The notes under the pieces were generated by a model. The model searched no databases. It was not told the origin of the DNA and was given only the letters and a program-made list of their open reading frames with translations. This document shows positions 24,936 through 49,200 of a stretch of DNA of 64,000 bases, one piece after another. This stretch comes from Chrysomallon squamiferum (lineage: Eukaryota; Animalia; Mollusca), in the NCBI GenBank assembly GCA_012295275.1, contig CM022667.1, positions 8,680,001 through 8,744,000 on the forward strand, written 5' to 3'. Within the stretch, counting starts at the first letter, position 1. Each line of letters begins with the position of its first letter. A program made the position numbers and the translations under genes.

Positions 24936-26113
24936 GAATTAGAATTATTATTGTTACCTCTGTTGTTGTTGTTATCACAACATCGTCATCATCATCGTCA
25001 TCATCATTATTATAATAATGGTAATAATTGAACTAATAGTAGTATCAAGAGTACAAATATAGCAGTAATGCTGATGCCGGTTAGAATGTGTTTGTACGTA
25101 CGATGTATGCATATATGTACGTACGTACGTATATAACGAATGGTTGTATATAACATTATGTACGTACGTATCTCTCTCTATCTGCATGTACGTTTAAAAC
25201 AATGATAAACAAACAAACAAAAAAATAAATAAATAAATTAATTAATGCTGTAATATTTATTAACGAGCATCTCATCATAAAGTGCACGCTTGTCATGGCT
25301 AGAACCAAATACATTCAACGGATATGTTTTAAAGGATCGTTTTTATATTTATTTCAAAAACCATTTAGACTAATAGTATTTTCTCATAAAATAATATTTC
25401 AGCAAAAAAAAAAAAAAATAATAATAATAATTAATAAAAAAAATAAAAAAAAATAAAAAACTGACATACACTGACGTTTGATCAATATTAATATAAACAT
25501 TGTTGTTCAGCTTTTAATTACCATGGTGATTTTACTGTTTGACAGATTCTAATGGCTGTCAAGCCTCGTTACAAGCATCAAATCATTAGCCGCGTCACAT
25601 ACGAGTTAATTTATTATTGTTGTGATAATAGAAATAACAAAACACGTAACAGAAAAAAAAAAGCTAATGCTGTTAGTGTCGTTGTTACTGGGTTTTTGAA
25701 AACATTATAATTATTAATTTTATATTAATCCTACTTGCAGTGTAGCTAACACTGCTTTTTCGTACTGTTTTTTATCAAACGTAAGACTCGTTTTTCGCTG
25801 CTACAACTCATCTAGTGCGATATCTTTTGGAATTATATCCCGTTCTACCTAATATCCAGTGACTGCTGCATCACAGTCAGGTTTACTACAGATGAGAAGG
25901 TGTAGATAAAATACACTTCATTGCTTACGGGTAAGAATAATCTTTGATGGTTGGTAACTGAAACCTTGTTTTTAAAACGCGAATATTTTAAAAATATACA
26001 CTTTTTGTTGCTTTATCTCTTTGTTTGTTTGCTTTTTGTTTTTTTTTTGGTTGTTTTTTTTTCTGGGTTTTTTTTCAGTGATCCATAGTATTATAGTACA
26101 ATTACAACTAAGC

Positions 26114-26147
<34 letters not shown>

Positions 26148-26640
26148 AAAATAAAATAAAATAAAATAAAATAAAATAAAATAAAATAAAATAAATAATA
26201 ATGAAAAAAACGAGACTGATGTTGGTATTTACATCAAGAGGTTCAGAATGTAGTTTTTAATTTTTTAAATTTTATTTTATTTTATGTTTTTATTTTTAAT
26301 ATTTTTTTGCGATTCTGCTTCAACATCGTCAGAATTAATTGTTACTGACTTGTCAGAAACGTCACGAACTATTACTTGTTGAGACGGTTTTTGTCTTTTT
26401 CATTTTTTTTTTGTTTTTTTTTTACTTTTTCATCAAACGTGAAATTTGCTGTTTATAGACGTCAAAGTCAGCATTATTTTTTCTTTCATCTTTTTATTTT
26501 CATTTTCTTTCTTTCTTTCTTTTTTCTTTCTCTTTTTTTATTATAATGTTTTACTACTGTATGGATTTTTTAAAAATTATTTTTTTGGTTTGCTCTCCGT
26601 ATTATTATTATTAACAAATCATTTATATTTGTTACTTTGT

Positions 26641-26712
<72 letters not shown>

Positions 26713-27385
26713 GCAATAACAACAATAACAATAACAACAACACCACCATCAGTAATAATAATAAAAATAATAATAATAATAACAATATTAAAGGCAACAA
26801 CACTAATTATAATAAAGACAACAGTAATGATGCATAAATAAATAAATAAATAAATATGTATGATGATGGGTAATAACAAATATGTTAAATATCGAGCAAA
26901 ACTCGCAGCTCGGTTGATTTCGACATCGCCGATCGTTTTCGTTTTCGAACCCGCTCTCGGTTGGTAAGTACAATTACCTGTCAGAATCGTCGTTCAGTTT
27001 ACACCAGTTTGTTTAGAGTTAGCCTGTCTGGATGCAAATTCTCATGCTATTGTTTTGTTTCAGGTATTTTAGTTTACTTTAATACATAAACAAATGATAG
27101 CCTTTGCATTGTTATGGTTAACAATTTCAAAATAACTCTTTGTGTGTAAACAATGAGATGGGCGAATTTTAAACAAAATATTTTGAAAATAAATAAAATA
27201 ACTGTGGGGTTCTGCTGGATATGAACTGTTATTATATAAAAAAAAATATTAATTTGCCAGTTAGTTTCCTGTCTCCAAAGATCTAAACAATATTTTTGTT
27301 GGTGACTGTGTTATTAGGGATTTGTGGAGGCCCAAAGCTAAGAGTACATTGAGAGACGTCGTTTTGAAGTGTCAACATTAAATAA

Positions 27386-27528
27386 AATTGTATAATAATT
27401 CAATTAAAATTCTAATTGTATAATATTTCAGTTAAAATTCTAATTGTATAATATTTCAATTAAAAATCTAACAGTATAATAATTCAATTAAAATTCTAAC
27501 TGCATAATAATTCAATTAAAATTCTAAC
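27386..27528. repeat. 28-bp minisatellite (TATAATAATTCAATTAAAATTCTAATTG) x5
   Basis: Five adjacent near-identical copies. Confidence 0.9.
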
Positions 27529-30430
27529 ACAAAGTGATAAACCTCTTGAGACATGGAGACACCAACCAGTAGCTTTTTTTGTTCAGTTCGTATTTAAACA
27601 CGGCTGGTTTTTAGCCTATCGTACTTGCTTGTAGTGTCGCTATCATTATAATTAAATAACAAGACTCGACATACGCTGATGCGAGGTGAATTCAAACTAA
27701 TCGCGCGTTGTTAACATAATTTGGAACGTGCTGCAAATAGCAATAAGAACAAATCTTAGTGAACTCTCTATGAATTTTTCATTAAAGGCAGATTTTCGTG
27801 CGTTTCCGTTACCGCCCTACGGTGTTGTTAAAGCGAATCGATGCATCATGGTCGATAAAGCGCGCCAACTTGTAGCGATCGCTGAGAACCGGTCATTTTC
27901 GGCGCAGCAGTGGTATTGGAATGTCGTACACACGTGATTACGCAGACGATAATAGAGCGACATGAGGAATGAACGAAGCCGGCGAAGGTTTTTATTTTTC
28001 TTTCTTTTTTTTTTTTTTTTTTTTATTATTTTTTATAATTTTTTTTTTTTTTTAAATCTATTATTTAATTAAGGGGATTGTCAGTGGTTAAAAAGAGCTG
28101 GTAAATTTATTTTTATTTTTATGTAAATCCACTAAATTTAAAAGTGAAATGATTTTTGTAATATTTGTTTAGGAATTTGAAAGCCGTCTTACAGTTAAGG
28201 GATCTAACATTTGGTTGCCTTCTTTTCGGACACACTCGATGTTTAAAATTTTATTGTTGTTGTTGCTGTTGCTGTTGCTGTTGTTGTTGTTGTTGTTGTT
28301 ACTTTTCAGTTTCTGCTTCTTCATTATCTTATTTTAATTTTATTATAAACAAAACAGTTTCATCTATTAATTTATATTTTAATATTTCATACCGAATGTA
28401 AGAAAGAATATTTATAATCATAATTTAGAAATTTATTAAATCAATATTATTCTGAATGGACGAACTAGGCTATCTAGTCAAACACTGACATAAACGACCC
28501 CTCCCGTAAAAATATGGTTTATTAATTACACATTTATTTAAAACTGTAGACACACACAAATAATGTAGCAATACTGACTCTGACGTCTATATACAGTAAA
28601 TTTCACGTGTGTGTGTGAGTGTCTGTGTATATATATATGAATATGTATATGATAATACTTTAAATTTACAAACAGTAACATTCAATAAATACTGCTGATA
28701 TGATCAGATTTTCTTTGGAGCAGTGGAACTTGTCATACCAGCAGGTTTTTTTATTAGTCTGAATGAACAGCTGGTTTAAAACGCCAATCAGAAAGTCCAG
28801 TTGTAATGCTTGTAACACGACCTGTGTACTGATATGTGAAGATGGGCTTTGGACAACTTGCAGCATATAAAAAGAGATGTCTAAAGTTTAATAGTTGTTG
28901 TGACACCGGCAATGAAGCGAACGTTTGAAGAGATTATTACGCTTGTTTCGTCTGATACCAGCTTATACTTGTAGCTGTGTGTGTATTATTGAAAATATTG
29001 TACAGGCATTTAACATATATTTGTGTACCTTTACAAATACCGAGCACAGAAGCAGATTTTTGTTTTCCTGGTCTTGGGCAAACGCGCAAAGAGTCATTCA
29101 GTTTAATTTACTGTAGATTAAGTAAATATTATTCATGAAATAAGTAACTAATTAAAGATATAATATCACATATGTTTCTGTGAATGTAGCATTACACAGG
29201 TCCCTTATTAAAGTCGTTTTGCATCTTAGAAAATAAATTTTTAAAAACGGTCGCTTTAATTTAATATATTTTTAGTTAAGAAAATATTACTCAGGATATA
29301 AATAGCTATTTGTCACATTATAACATGCATAACTGTGTATATAGTACACTGAATCATTTTTACATGTTAACAAAGCAATGCGGTCACTGATGATGACTAA
29401 GTCCACGTTAAATAAAGGTTGTACGTAACGTAAATAGTTTATATATGTATGTATGTTAATGCGTATAATCACCTTATGTCAACAGGTACTGCGGACAGTA
29501 TATATTATGAGTAACTGTTTGCATTATTATGTATATGCAAATATGCTGCTTATTACATGTGATGATGTATGATTATTGTTTCAGGTATAAATAGCACGAA
29601 CTGTAGTCATATGACTGCTGTCACAGGTATAGTGTAACATTTCCAGACATTTTATCGTTTTTTTTTTTTTATATTATGTAATATCAACAGCTATGCTTCA
29701 TAAGCACTGTCTGTTGTTCAGATATCAACAGTCATACAGTATCAGTGGTCATGTGACTGAAGGTCCGTATATCAACAGTTTCTGTCACCGTTCTTATAGA
29801 TATCATTTAATATCACTTTTTCATGTATCAAATATCAATAATCTCGTGACCTTTGTTACATTTATCACATATCAATAATCAAGGGACCATTTTTAGATGT
29901 ATCATTATATCAAGTCACATGACAGTTGTTAGAGATATTGGTAGTCACGTGACATGAATAGTCATATGACTTGCTGGACAATATGTTATATTATTAAATA
30001 TTACACATCAATAGTTTTACTGGAAGGATATAAATTCAAGCAACAAAGCTTTAAAGGAGTGTATTGTATGTCATCGGGATCCTGTGTGTCTCATTATAAT
30101 AAAATTAAGCGTAAAAAGCTTTCTGAAAAGAACACTTTCTGTATAATAATAGAATCGATTTTCTTCAAGAGTCCTCCTCTTTCCCATCTTCTAGGTCCGG
30201 TCCTACAGCGATTTTATATTATAACAGCATTTCGCCCGGGGGCTAATTTCTTTACAGAGCTAATATGACGTGTAGTATGCAGATAGACTGCACATTATTG
30301 GATCATGTTAAGTTGCTGGTAACATATATGTATTTATACAGAATATATCGGTATTTAATATAACGTCAACATGCTTTTCTCTTATGACGTAATTATGACG
30401 TCATAAACAATTAAAAAAAAATATACGCTG

Positions 30431-30499
30431 TATTAAAAACATCATATAAAATTAATAGGCGACATGCGTAATTATTCGTTTTATATGATGTTTTTAATA
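30431..30499. repeat. Perfect 21-bp inverted repeat (hairpin), likely part of a small non-autonomous element
   Basis: TATTAAAAACATCATATAAAA (30431-30451) and TTTTATATGATGTTTTTAATA (30479-30499) with a 27-nt loop; TGACGTCA palindrome just upstream. Confidence 0.75.
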
Positions 30500-32248
30500 A
30501 CGAATAACACATATCGTGTAATTTAAATTTTAAATATTCGTACACCAATCATTTGATAAGGTTTTTCGTCTTCTGGAAACGTTAGAAAGAGCGGTCAAAA
30601 TACGTTAAATAACTTTTAGATCCAGCAGTGACGAATCAATATACTCCAGAAATATATCAGAACGGTTCATTGATATAATCTGGACTTTTGTTTGGAAATA
30701 AATGTAGCTTAATTAATAGTCGCCGACTTCTCTTTTAAATAATCTTAATCTGAAGTTATCGGGTGTAGATTTTTTTCTCTCTCATTCTTTTCTTTTATTT
30801 TGTTCATTTTCTTTCAATTCCTTTTCCTTCTTTTTCTTCTTAACTTGGTTTATTAATGAAAATATTCTTCATTTTATTGAATTGCCAGTTTCTCTGTGTT
30901 CAGAGTATTAAATGATTTCGCTGTATTTATTCTAAACAGAAACTCTGATAAAGATGTAGATAGATGAATGTGTTGTACTCATAGGTGCTACTCATTTTTA
31001 CCAGTCTACAGTTATTCACCTTCGTTCTCATAGGCGCTCGCTGTTGATAATATTTACAATTATGAAGTTATTCCCTTTGTCCCTAGGTGCCAGCAACGAA
31101 AGAAGATCATGCATGCTTATTTACCAAATTATCCACCGAGAGGAAAACATCTTTCCGGTGTTTATTTAAACAACCTTTAGCAAGTTCTGATATGAATGGC
31201 TGAAAACGTATTATTAAAACTATCGGTTAGCCATTAATTTTCCACCGTCTCAATGACATCAACACATCAGTATTTCAAGATACGTCAACACGTCTCTAAT
31301 GTTCAGCCTATTACTTCCACTGATTTGTTCGTGTCGTATATTTTATTTCTCCTTGTCATAAAAATTTTTTTTTTTTTTTTTTTTGGTTTTCTCAGGACGA
31401 TGAGCTGAGAGGAGGACAACGTGTGTGTGCAAGCTATGAACACGTGACCTCTCTGCGACTCGAAGGTATTTCGTTCCTGCCGGAAATGTTTCAAAGTTTA
31501 TCGTCTGCAAAGAGGCAGTTGTTGTTGTCCTCTCGCCGCCTTTCCGAGGACACTGGGAACGAGTAAATAAAAAAGAGAGAATTGATTATATTTGCTCTGG
31601 CTGTACGAACTGTGCAGCACATGTCTGGAAACCGCGTTTGTCCACGGGCTTAATAACTCCATGATAATGCAAACATTAGTGCCGAATCCCGCAGAACAAA
31701 TTACCGTGTTGTGGTTACGGTGTGGAAGTAATTCTGAGGACAGTCTCGTGCTGAGCACGTGGAGTGCTTTTTTCTGAGACTCACTGATCAGGTTTTCTGT
31801 TCTTGGAAGTAATTAGAAAAAATATAATTTTTTGTTTTTTTGTTTTTGTTTTGTTCGTGACCTTGTCTAAGAAGGGCAGTGTAGTAGACGACATAAGGAA
31901 CGTCGTGTTTGAGTCGTGACTGGCAACATGCGATCTTTCTTAATATCGTGATAATTGCAAGCTTGCAGAAATAGAAATACCATCGGTTTAAACTGTAATG
32001 AGCGCTTGTACGGATTAATATCTATTTCTGGTTTATTTTTTTATTTTTTAAAAGAAAGGAAACTAAAAAAAAAGAACAAAGTTTTGGAGAAAAAAATTAA
32101 AATAAAAAATAATTGTTTGACGATTCAACTGATGGAATGTAATATTGATTTTTGTCGTCGTTAAATGAAAGGATTTTTGTTCTGTAAAAGGAGAAAGGAA
32201 ACACAAGAGGAAGATTTTCTTTAATTCTGCAGCAGCTGACAGATTCCA

Positions 32249-42928
<10,680 letters not shown>

Positions 42929-44149
42929 CAAACATAACAAAATAATGATGTTATTTTTACCACAAATATATATGATAAGAACATACAGTCTAAATTATTG
43001 ATATAAACAAACAGTCTAAATTATTGATATAAACAAATATTCTAAAATATTGATACGAAGATATAACCTAAATTTTTATTGGTACGAACATAGAATCTAA
43101 GTTCGTGTGTACGTTCAGGTTATTGTTTTATTTCAATCTGTCTACCAGATTTTACAAATAATAAAGTATGACAATATTATACTTTGTTATTAGCAAAGGT
43201 TGGTTATTAAATCATAAAACAGTAACTTTGAAGAATACAAAATATTATTTAGGCTATTTATACGTTTAATATTAAAAGCAAACTTTAATTTGACACATAA
43301 AAATGTTTATTAAAAATGTGATCAAAGGAGACTTTTGGAAACCAAATATGTTTCTCCCACATTCTTGATATTTGCTTTTCTCGTTATAAAAAGGCTAAAA
43401 GCTCCATTCTTACAGTGTAAACTGTTTTAAACGTAGTTATCCCCCTTTCTCCTCTCCATTAATAACTGTCCATAGCATGACGAGTAATATGAAATTTATA
43501 AATAACTGTAATAATTAAATAAAGTGAAAAAAAAAAAAAAAGGAATTAACGCTCCAACATTATGAATAAAAGGAAAGAAAGAATAAATTAGAGAAACAAA
43601 AGAGGATATACAAAAATATATGAATAATGATAATTATTATTATTATTATTTTTTTATTTATTGGTAAGCTATTGTAGTGAAAACGTTTATGATCATCTTG
43701 TATAGCAATATCAAGAACAACAGCAGCAATAGTTACAATAATAACAACAACAACAAGAACAACAGTTAAAAAGGCAAATTTACAATGATCAATAATGGTG
43801 TTGAACAGTGTTTTGATTTCGTCTTGTGTTGAGATACGTGTTTGAACGTGACAGTTATTTGTAGTTTCCTGATGTTAATGATTATGTCCTGACTTTCCGT
43901 ACTGATGGTGTGTGACACAGGATCCCCTCTTTTAAAGCAAATCGTATCCGCCCTTGTTTTATATGTTGGTGACGTGAACACAGGAATAAAAACTTCCAAA
44001 TCAGTTATGTTCATCCATTTTACGCACTGTATGTCATGAGTGTGTTCGTTTTGATATTTATTTATTTATTTATTTATTATTAATAAAACTGATATTTAAT
44101 ATGTCATCTCGTGTGGGTTTTTAATTAATACTCTCTTTCTTTGTCTCTT

Positions 44150-44190
<41 letters not shown>

Positions 44191-44655
44191 GTATCTCTCT
44201 ACCTCTACTTCGTTCTAACTAGGATTTTTACCTAGACAAATTGCAGTATTATTAGCGACACAAACGAATACGTACATCACACACGCACACACACACACAC
44301 ACACACACACGTGTGCGTACCTACACAGTTCAGAAAGCGTTTTTGATACTTATATCAAAATAGAAATAAACTTCCTGAATTTCCTCTTTTGTCAAAACTA
44401 ATAATTCAATCAGTGGACGTGACCTACAGGACTCAGTCTAGACGGCCCATCTCTGGCGGCCATCATTAATATCTCTTCGTTCAGATTCTTCACGTCTTAA
44501 CAGGAAGTGTGCATCAATCAAAACTATCAGATGCACTACGCGCAGCAAATAATACTCGTGTTTGAAAAGCGTCTTACGATAGTCTCTATTAATAAGACTC
44601 TCACTAGCCTCGAGTATCATTCGCAAATAATTATGTTCCTGTATAGTGTGAGGTT

Positions 44656-44658
<3 letters not shown>

Positions 44659-44718
<60 letters not shown>
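44659..44718. repeat. (GA)n microsatellite
   Basis: Perfect run of ~60 bp. Confidence 0.95.
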
Positions 44719-44720
<2 letters not shown>

Positions 44721-44901
44721 ATAATAATAATAAATAAGTAAATAAATAAATAAATAAGGCCAGCCTAACGAAGTATACTAACGTATAATTATAATATGCT
44801 TACAGTTACACTGATAATTGCAGTTTATCCATATATAAATATCACAATTGTACGATTGATTAATAGTCTCAAACGATTTTCATATTAACAAAAAAAAAAA
44901 A

Positions 44902-44934
<33 letters not shown>

Positions 44935-44938
44935 TCAA

Positions 44939-45006
<68 letters not shown>

Positions 45007-45299
45007 GACAAAATCATAAATACTGAGACCTCAGTTTTGTTGCGTCTTTATTGATATGTTAAACCACACACACACACAGACACACACACATATACAGGCA
45101 CGCACGCACACACATATAAGCCTATTCTCTTTTAACTACAAATAATTATGATAATTAATAAAACGTCCGTCGATATATTGAAAATGTGCAAAAAATAAAA
45201 AAAAAAATTTGATTCTTTGCAATTCATCTATTTTTAAAAATGAATGTTTCCAGGGACACAACTCTATTTAACGCAGAGAATAAATTTTCTATGGTCCTT

Positions 45300-45650
45300 T
45301 AGAAGAGGGAATTCCACTATGGATCTTTAGAAGAAGGAGGTACAGATCGCACCAGACGATAAACCTTTGTGCATATTACAGCATACATAATTAAATGGTA
45401 AAGAATAACTGTAGTATACTATTTCCAACTGCTTTTTGTAATCCAAAGGAATATATTGTTGCAGATACAGCGAGAAGAAATAAAAATATTCTTCATTGGT
45501 TTCGAATTATCGATTGGTATCATATATGATTTCATTTCTTACTTCCTGTTTGTTGTTTGACGTATGTGAGGAAAACATTCCGAAATGAATTTTTAGTTTT
45601 ACCATTCTTAGTTTTAGAATTGGTTACGTTAACTTTATAAAATGTAAGTT
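45300..45650 (+). promoter_or_regulatory. Probable RNF31 promoter / non-coding first exon
   Basis: kB-like GGGAATTCC (45307-45315), ATTGG boxes, ETS-like ACTTCCTGT (45541), candidate donors GTATGT (45562) and GTAAGT (45644); an acceptor TTTTAG at 46220 precedes the ATG exon. Confidence 0.4.
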
Positions 45651-46164
45651 TCAACGGATAAAGTTACATTAGTGTGATTACTTTTTTGTTTAGTTGGCGT
45701 TATTCTTTTTCTGACAGAAGAACAAGTGTTTGCCTTTGGTTGCGAAACTAAAGTTGACACAATTACTCAGTTACTGAATTAGTCAGTACAGTTTTATAAC
45801 TTCGAACTTTCTGTCAGACTTTTAATAGTGTTATATATTTTTATGAACATTTGCGGAATGTTATCACTATTGCTATTTTAATTAATACTGATACTTAAAA
45901 TGCTAAATGATAATAGGAATTTTTGGTTTCGGTTTAGGGTTTCGTTATATTTTTCTTTCTTTTGGCATTCACTGATTCAGGTAGTGTATTTCTGTTATTG
46001 ACACAAACTAGCAGTTTTCAATTACAGATATGATTGTTTATTTATAATGATACAAAAATCAGAATCTTGTTGTCTTTAATTAACTTATATTTCTCTGAAA
46101 ACACACGGACACATGAATTGTCAGCAGAGCATTATGGATAATTTAGTTTTATACAAATAATACA

Positions 46165-46216
<52 letters not shown>

Positions 46217-46250
46217 TTAGTGTTACAGTAATTATATTCCTCAGTGTTAA

Positions 46251-49200
46251 ATGGGTCAGACAGCTTCAGGTCTGTTTGCAATGGCTGATGGACTGGACAG
46301 TCTGGTCAATGATGGAGATTCTCCTCAACTGGACTCAACAATTCTGGAAGCTCGTCAGAAACTGTTACAAGCCATACTGAATAATCAAGACTGTGTGTCA
46401 GTTCTCGAAGGAATCATTCATATGGACTGCCCAAATGTCATGAAATATTCTATACTGTCTGTTCAGGAACTTCTTCTTCAGAACAATCAGGTGTGTGGGA
46501 TACCTGTTTGAAGTTTATTTGTCATGATGTGAAAAAATATAATTTTTATGACATGTTAACATAAGCCTAGAAAATTTCACAGATAAAAAAATAATCAAGC
46601 AAAAATAGTCTATAATTAATACAATTATTATTTTAAAATACTCACGCATATATTTCACACACACATATATAAAATCCATAAATACATAAAAACAAACATA
46701 TTATCTATAACATGCATCTGTGATATTATGGGTTTAATATATTTTGTATTTTAGTTTTTATTCTAATTTTTTTTCTTCTAAATTATATGTGATAGTTATC
46801 AAGCATTTTCCAGATTCCCAGAAATTGGTGCTGATTAAAATATTAATAATAATAAAAATAATAAATAAATATATAAATATATCAAATAAATTAACCAAAA
46901 ATAAATGCTATAATATTGTATAAATTGAGATCAAAATTATCATCTATAATTTCTTGTTAAATTACTTCTGTGGATATTATAAATAGCTTTAATACTTTTT
47001 TTTAATTTTTTTTTATTAGTTATAACCAGTAGTTACTGTTAATTTTTATTTCTATTTATTTTTCCTGTGTATGTGTACATATATGTACATGTTGACTCTA
47101 AAAATGATTTTTATATGAATATTTGTTTCAGAGTTTAGAACAGCTGAAGAAGATTCCAGTTGGATTGAGCATTTTGGAAAAATACGGACGACATCTGATG
47201 AAACCAGTGGATGAGAGGAATGAACTTTGGAGATATGTAAAATTCTCAAACTCCATCTTCAAAGAACGAGTAGAACCATTAACGGTATATTGTCCATGGC
47301 TATAACTACATATTTAGTTACGAAAAAAATAAAATTAATAATGGGTGACACAATGTTCTGTTTATTTTTCTTCTTTTTTTTAACATTTTTTTATTGTTGT
47401 TTATAAAAATGCAAGTAATGTCTTAATGTGGAAAAGTAAGTTAAAATGTGCATAAAAATTGATAGTTTGAATACAACCAGTTATATGATTAGCATTGTTA
47501 TGCTCAATTAGCAGAATAATATATTCAAGAAAAATAAATAATAAATGACAGGATTAGTAAAAGAGACATTTAAAAAAAATACCGTTGCTGTTAAACAGAT
47601 TTGTTAAATGTTGTCTGAGGGTGGAGCTGGTTATGTCAGTGAGGAGAGGAGTAACTTTGGGAAAGTTGAAATTAAAAAAATATATAATAATAATAATAAA
47701 ATAGAATAAGATGAAAAATTATGTAAGTGCAGTCAGATGTGTGATTCACTCCTACTAAACTGAGGATTCCTTCTGCTGCCCTGCTGTAAGGTTTGCCAGA
47801 TGCTTCATATACATGTATGATACTGTCACAAGAAGCAAGAAATAATCATAAAAGATTTGAAATTTCTGAAGGTGTACAAAGCAACAATACAGCAGATAAC
47901 TGATGAAAGTCTTACTGAGTCTAATCTTTTGTCTTTTACAAGGAAATAATGGATAGAAAAAAAATTTCTTACACTTTACATATATTTGCTTTATTGTTTG
48001 TTGTGCAAAAATGGTGTCAGCTAATCAAGAGGAAACGCTTCTTATTTTTATGTGATATTTTCGCAGGGCAGTACAGAGATACTGAAGGACATGGGTTACA
48101 CTGAACTGACTGAAGATGGACTCCATTTTCCATCTGACAAGCTGCCCAATCCGCAGAAGACTCTCAACATCACAGCTGACATCATGTTAGCCAGGCTCGA
48201 GATGGAGCTGTTTCTCAATGGAATTCATCCTCAGCCTGATGACATTAAGAAATTTTTAACACCACAGGCCATGTAAGAACAAGCACAAATAATCTTCTGC
48301 AATTGTTTAGATTTTTATTTTTTGTGTTTCCAGTTTGTATGTAGTTAGGAATTCTTTTTAATAAGGAATAATACATGATACCCTCTCACGTATATAGATA
48401 AATACTTAAGTCATGCACTCATTACATCACGTGTACATACAGTGACACAGACGTACATACACAATGCATCATATGTACACATCAAACACACAAACTCACA
48501 CACACACACACACACACAAAACACACATTCACAGTGCATCATCTGTACACATGCACATGCAGAATTCCACGGATGCTAAATATACATATGTGTATTGTTT
48601 TCTTCTTTTTCTTTCTCATGTTGAACAAAGAGCGGAGTGGCAGGTAGAGTTGTCTGAAAAACAGAAGACGAATCCCAGAAACCCTCCAGCAAGAAATCCA
48701 GGAGAGGTAGACATTGCTGTTCTCACCTGATAAACTTAAAACTTACAAAACTATATATTTTTACTTTTCTGTCTTAGCACGTTCAGCACATTATTTTCTC
48801 ATTTTTACATACCCTACAGCAATTTTAAACAACTTAGTATTTTTATAAAAATTAAGCTTGATATTTGTTTTGTTTTTATTGTCGTACTTTATCATTAGCG
48901 AAGAATGGGTGTGACAGATTATAAAAATAATACAGACAGCCAAGTGCAGAATTTTGAAAATGATTTTATTTTAATGTTCTGACAGCAGGTTGCTGATAGA
49001 CTGCCTCTCAGAGTAACTGTGGCCACGCCACCACCAGCTCAGTTGGGTGCAACATCCCAGTTGAGTACACCAGTATCAGCATCCTCTCTGACAAATACAT
49101 TTAAAAGTAAGTTAGTGCATAGTTAGAATGGGAAAACAAAGTTAACTGTGGTCTCTTATAGTGGTAATTAATTTATGTTTAAGAAATAATATCATTGTTC

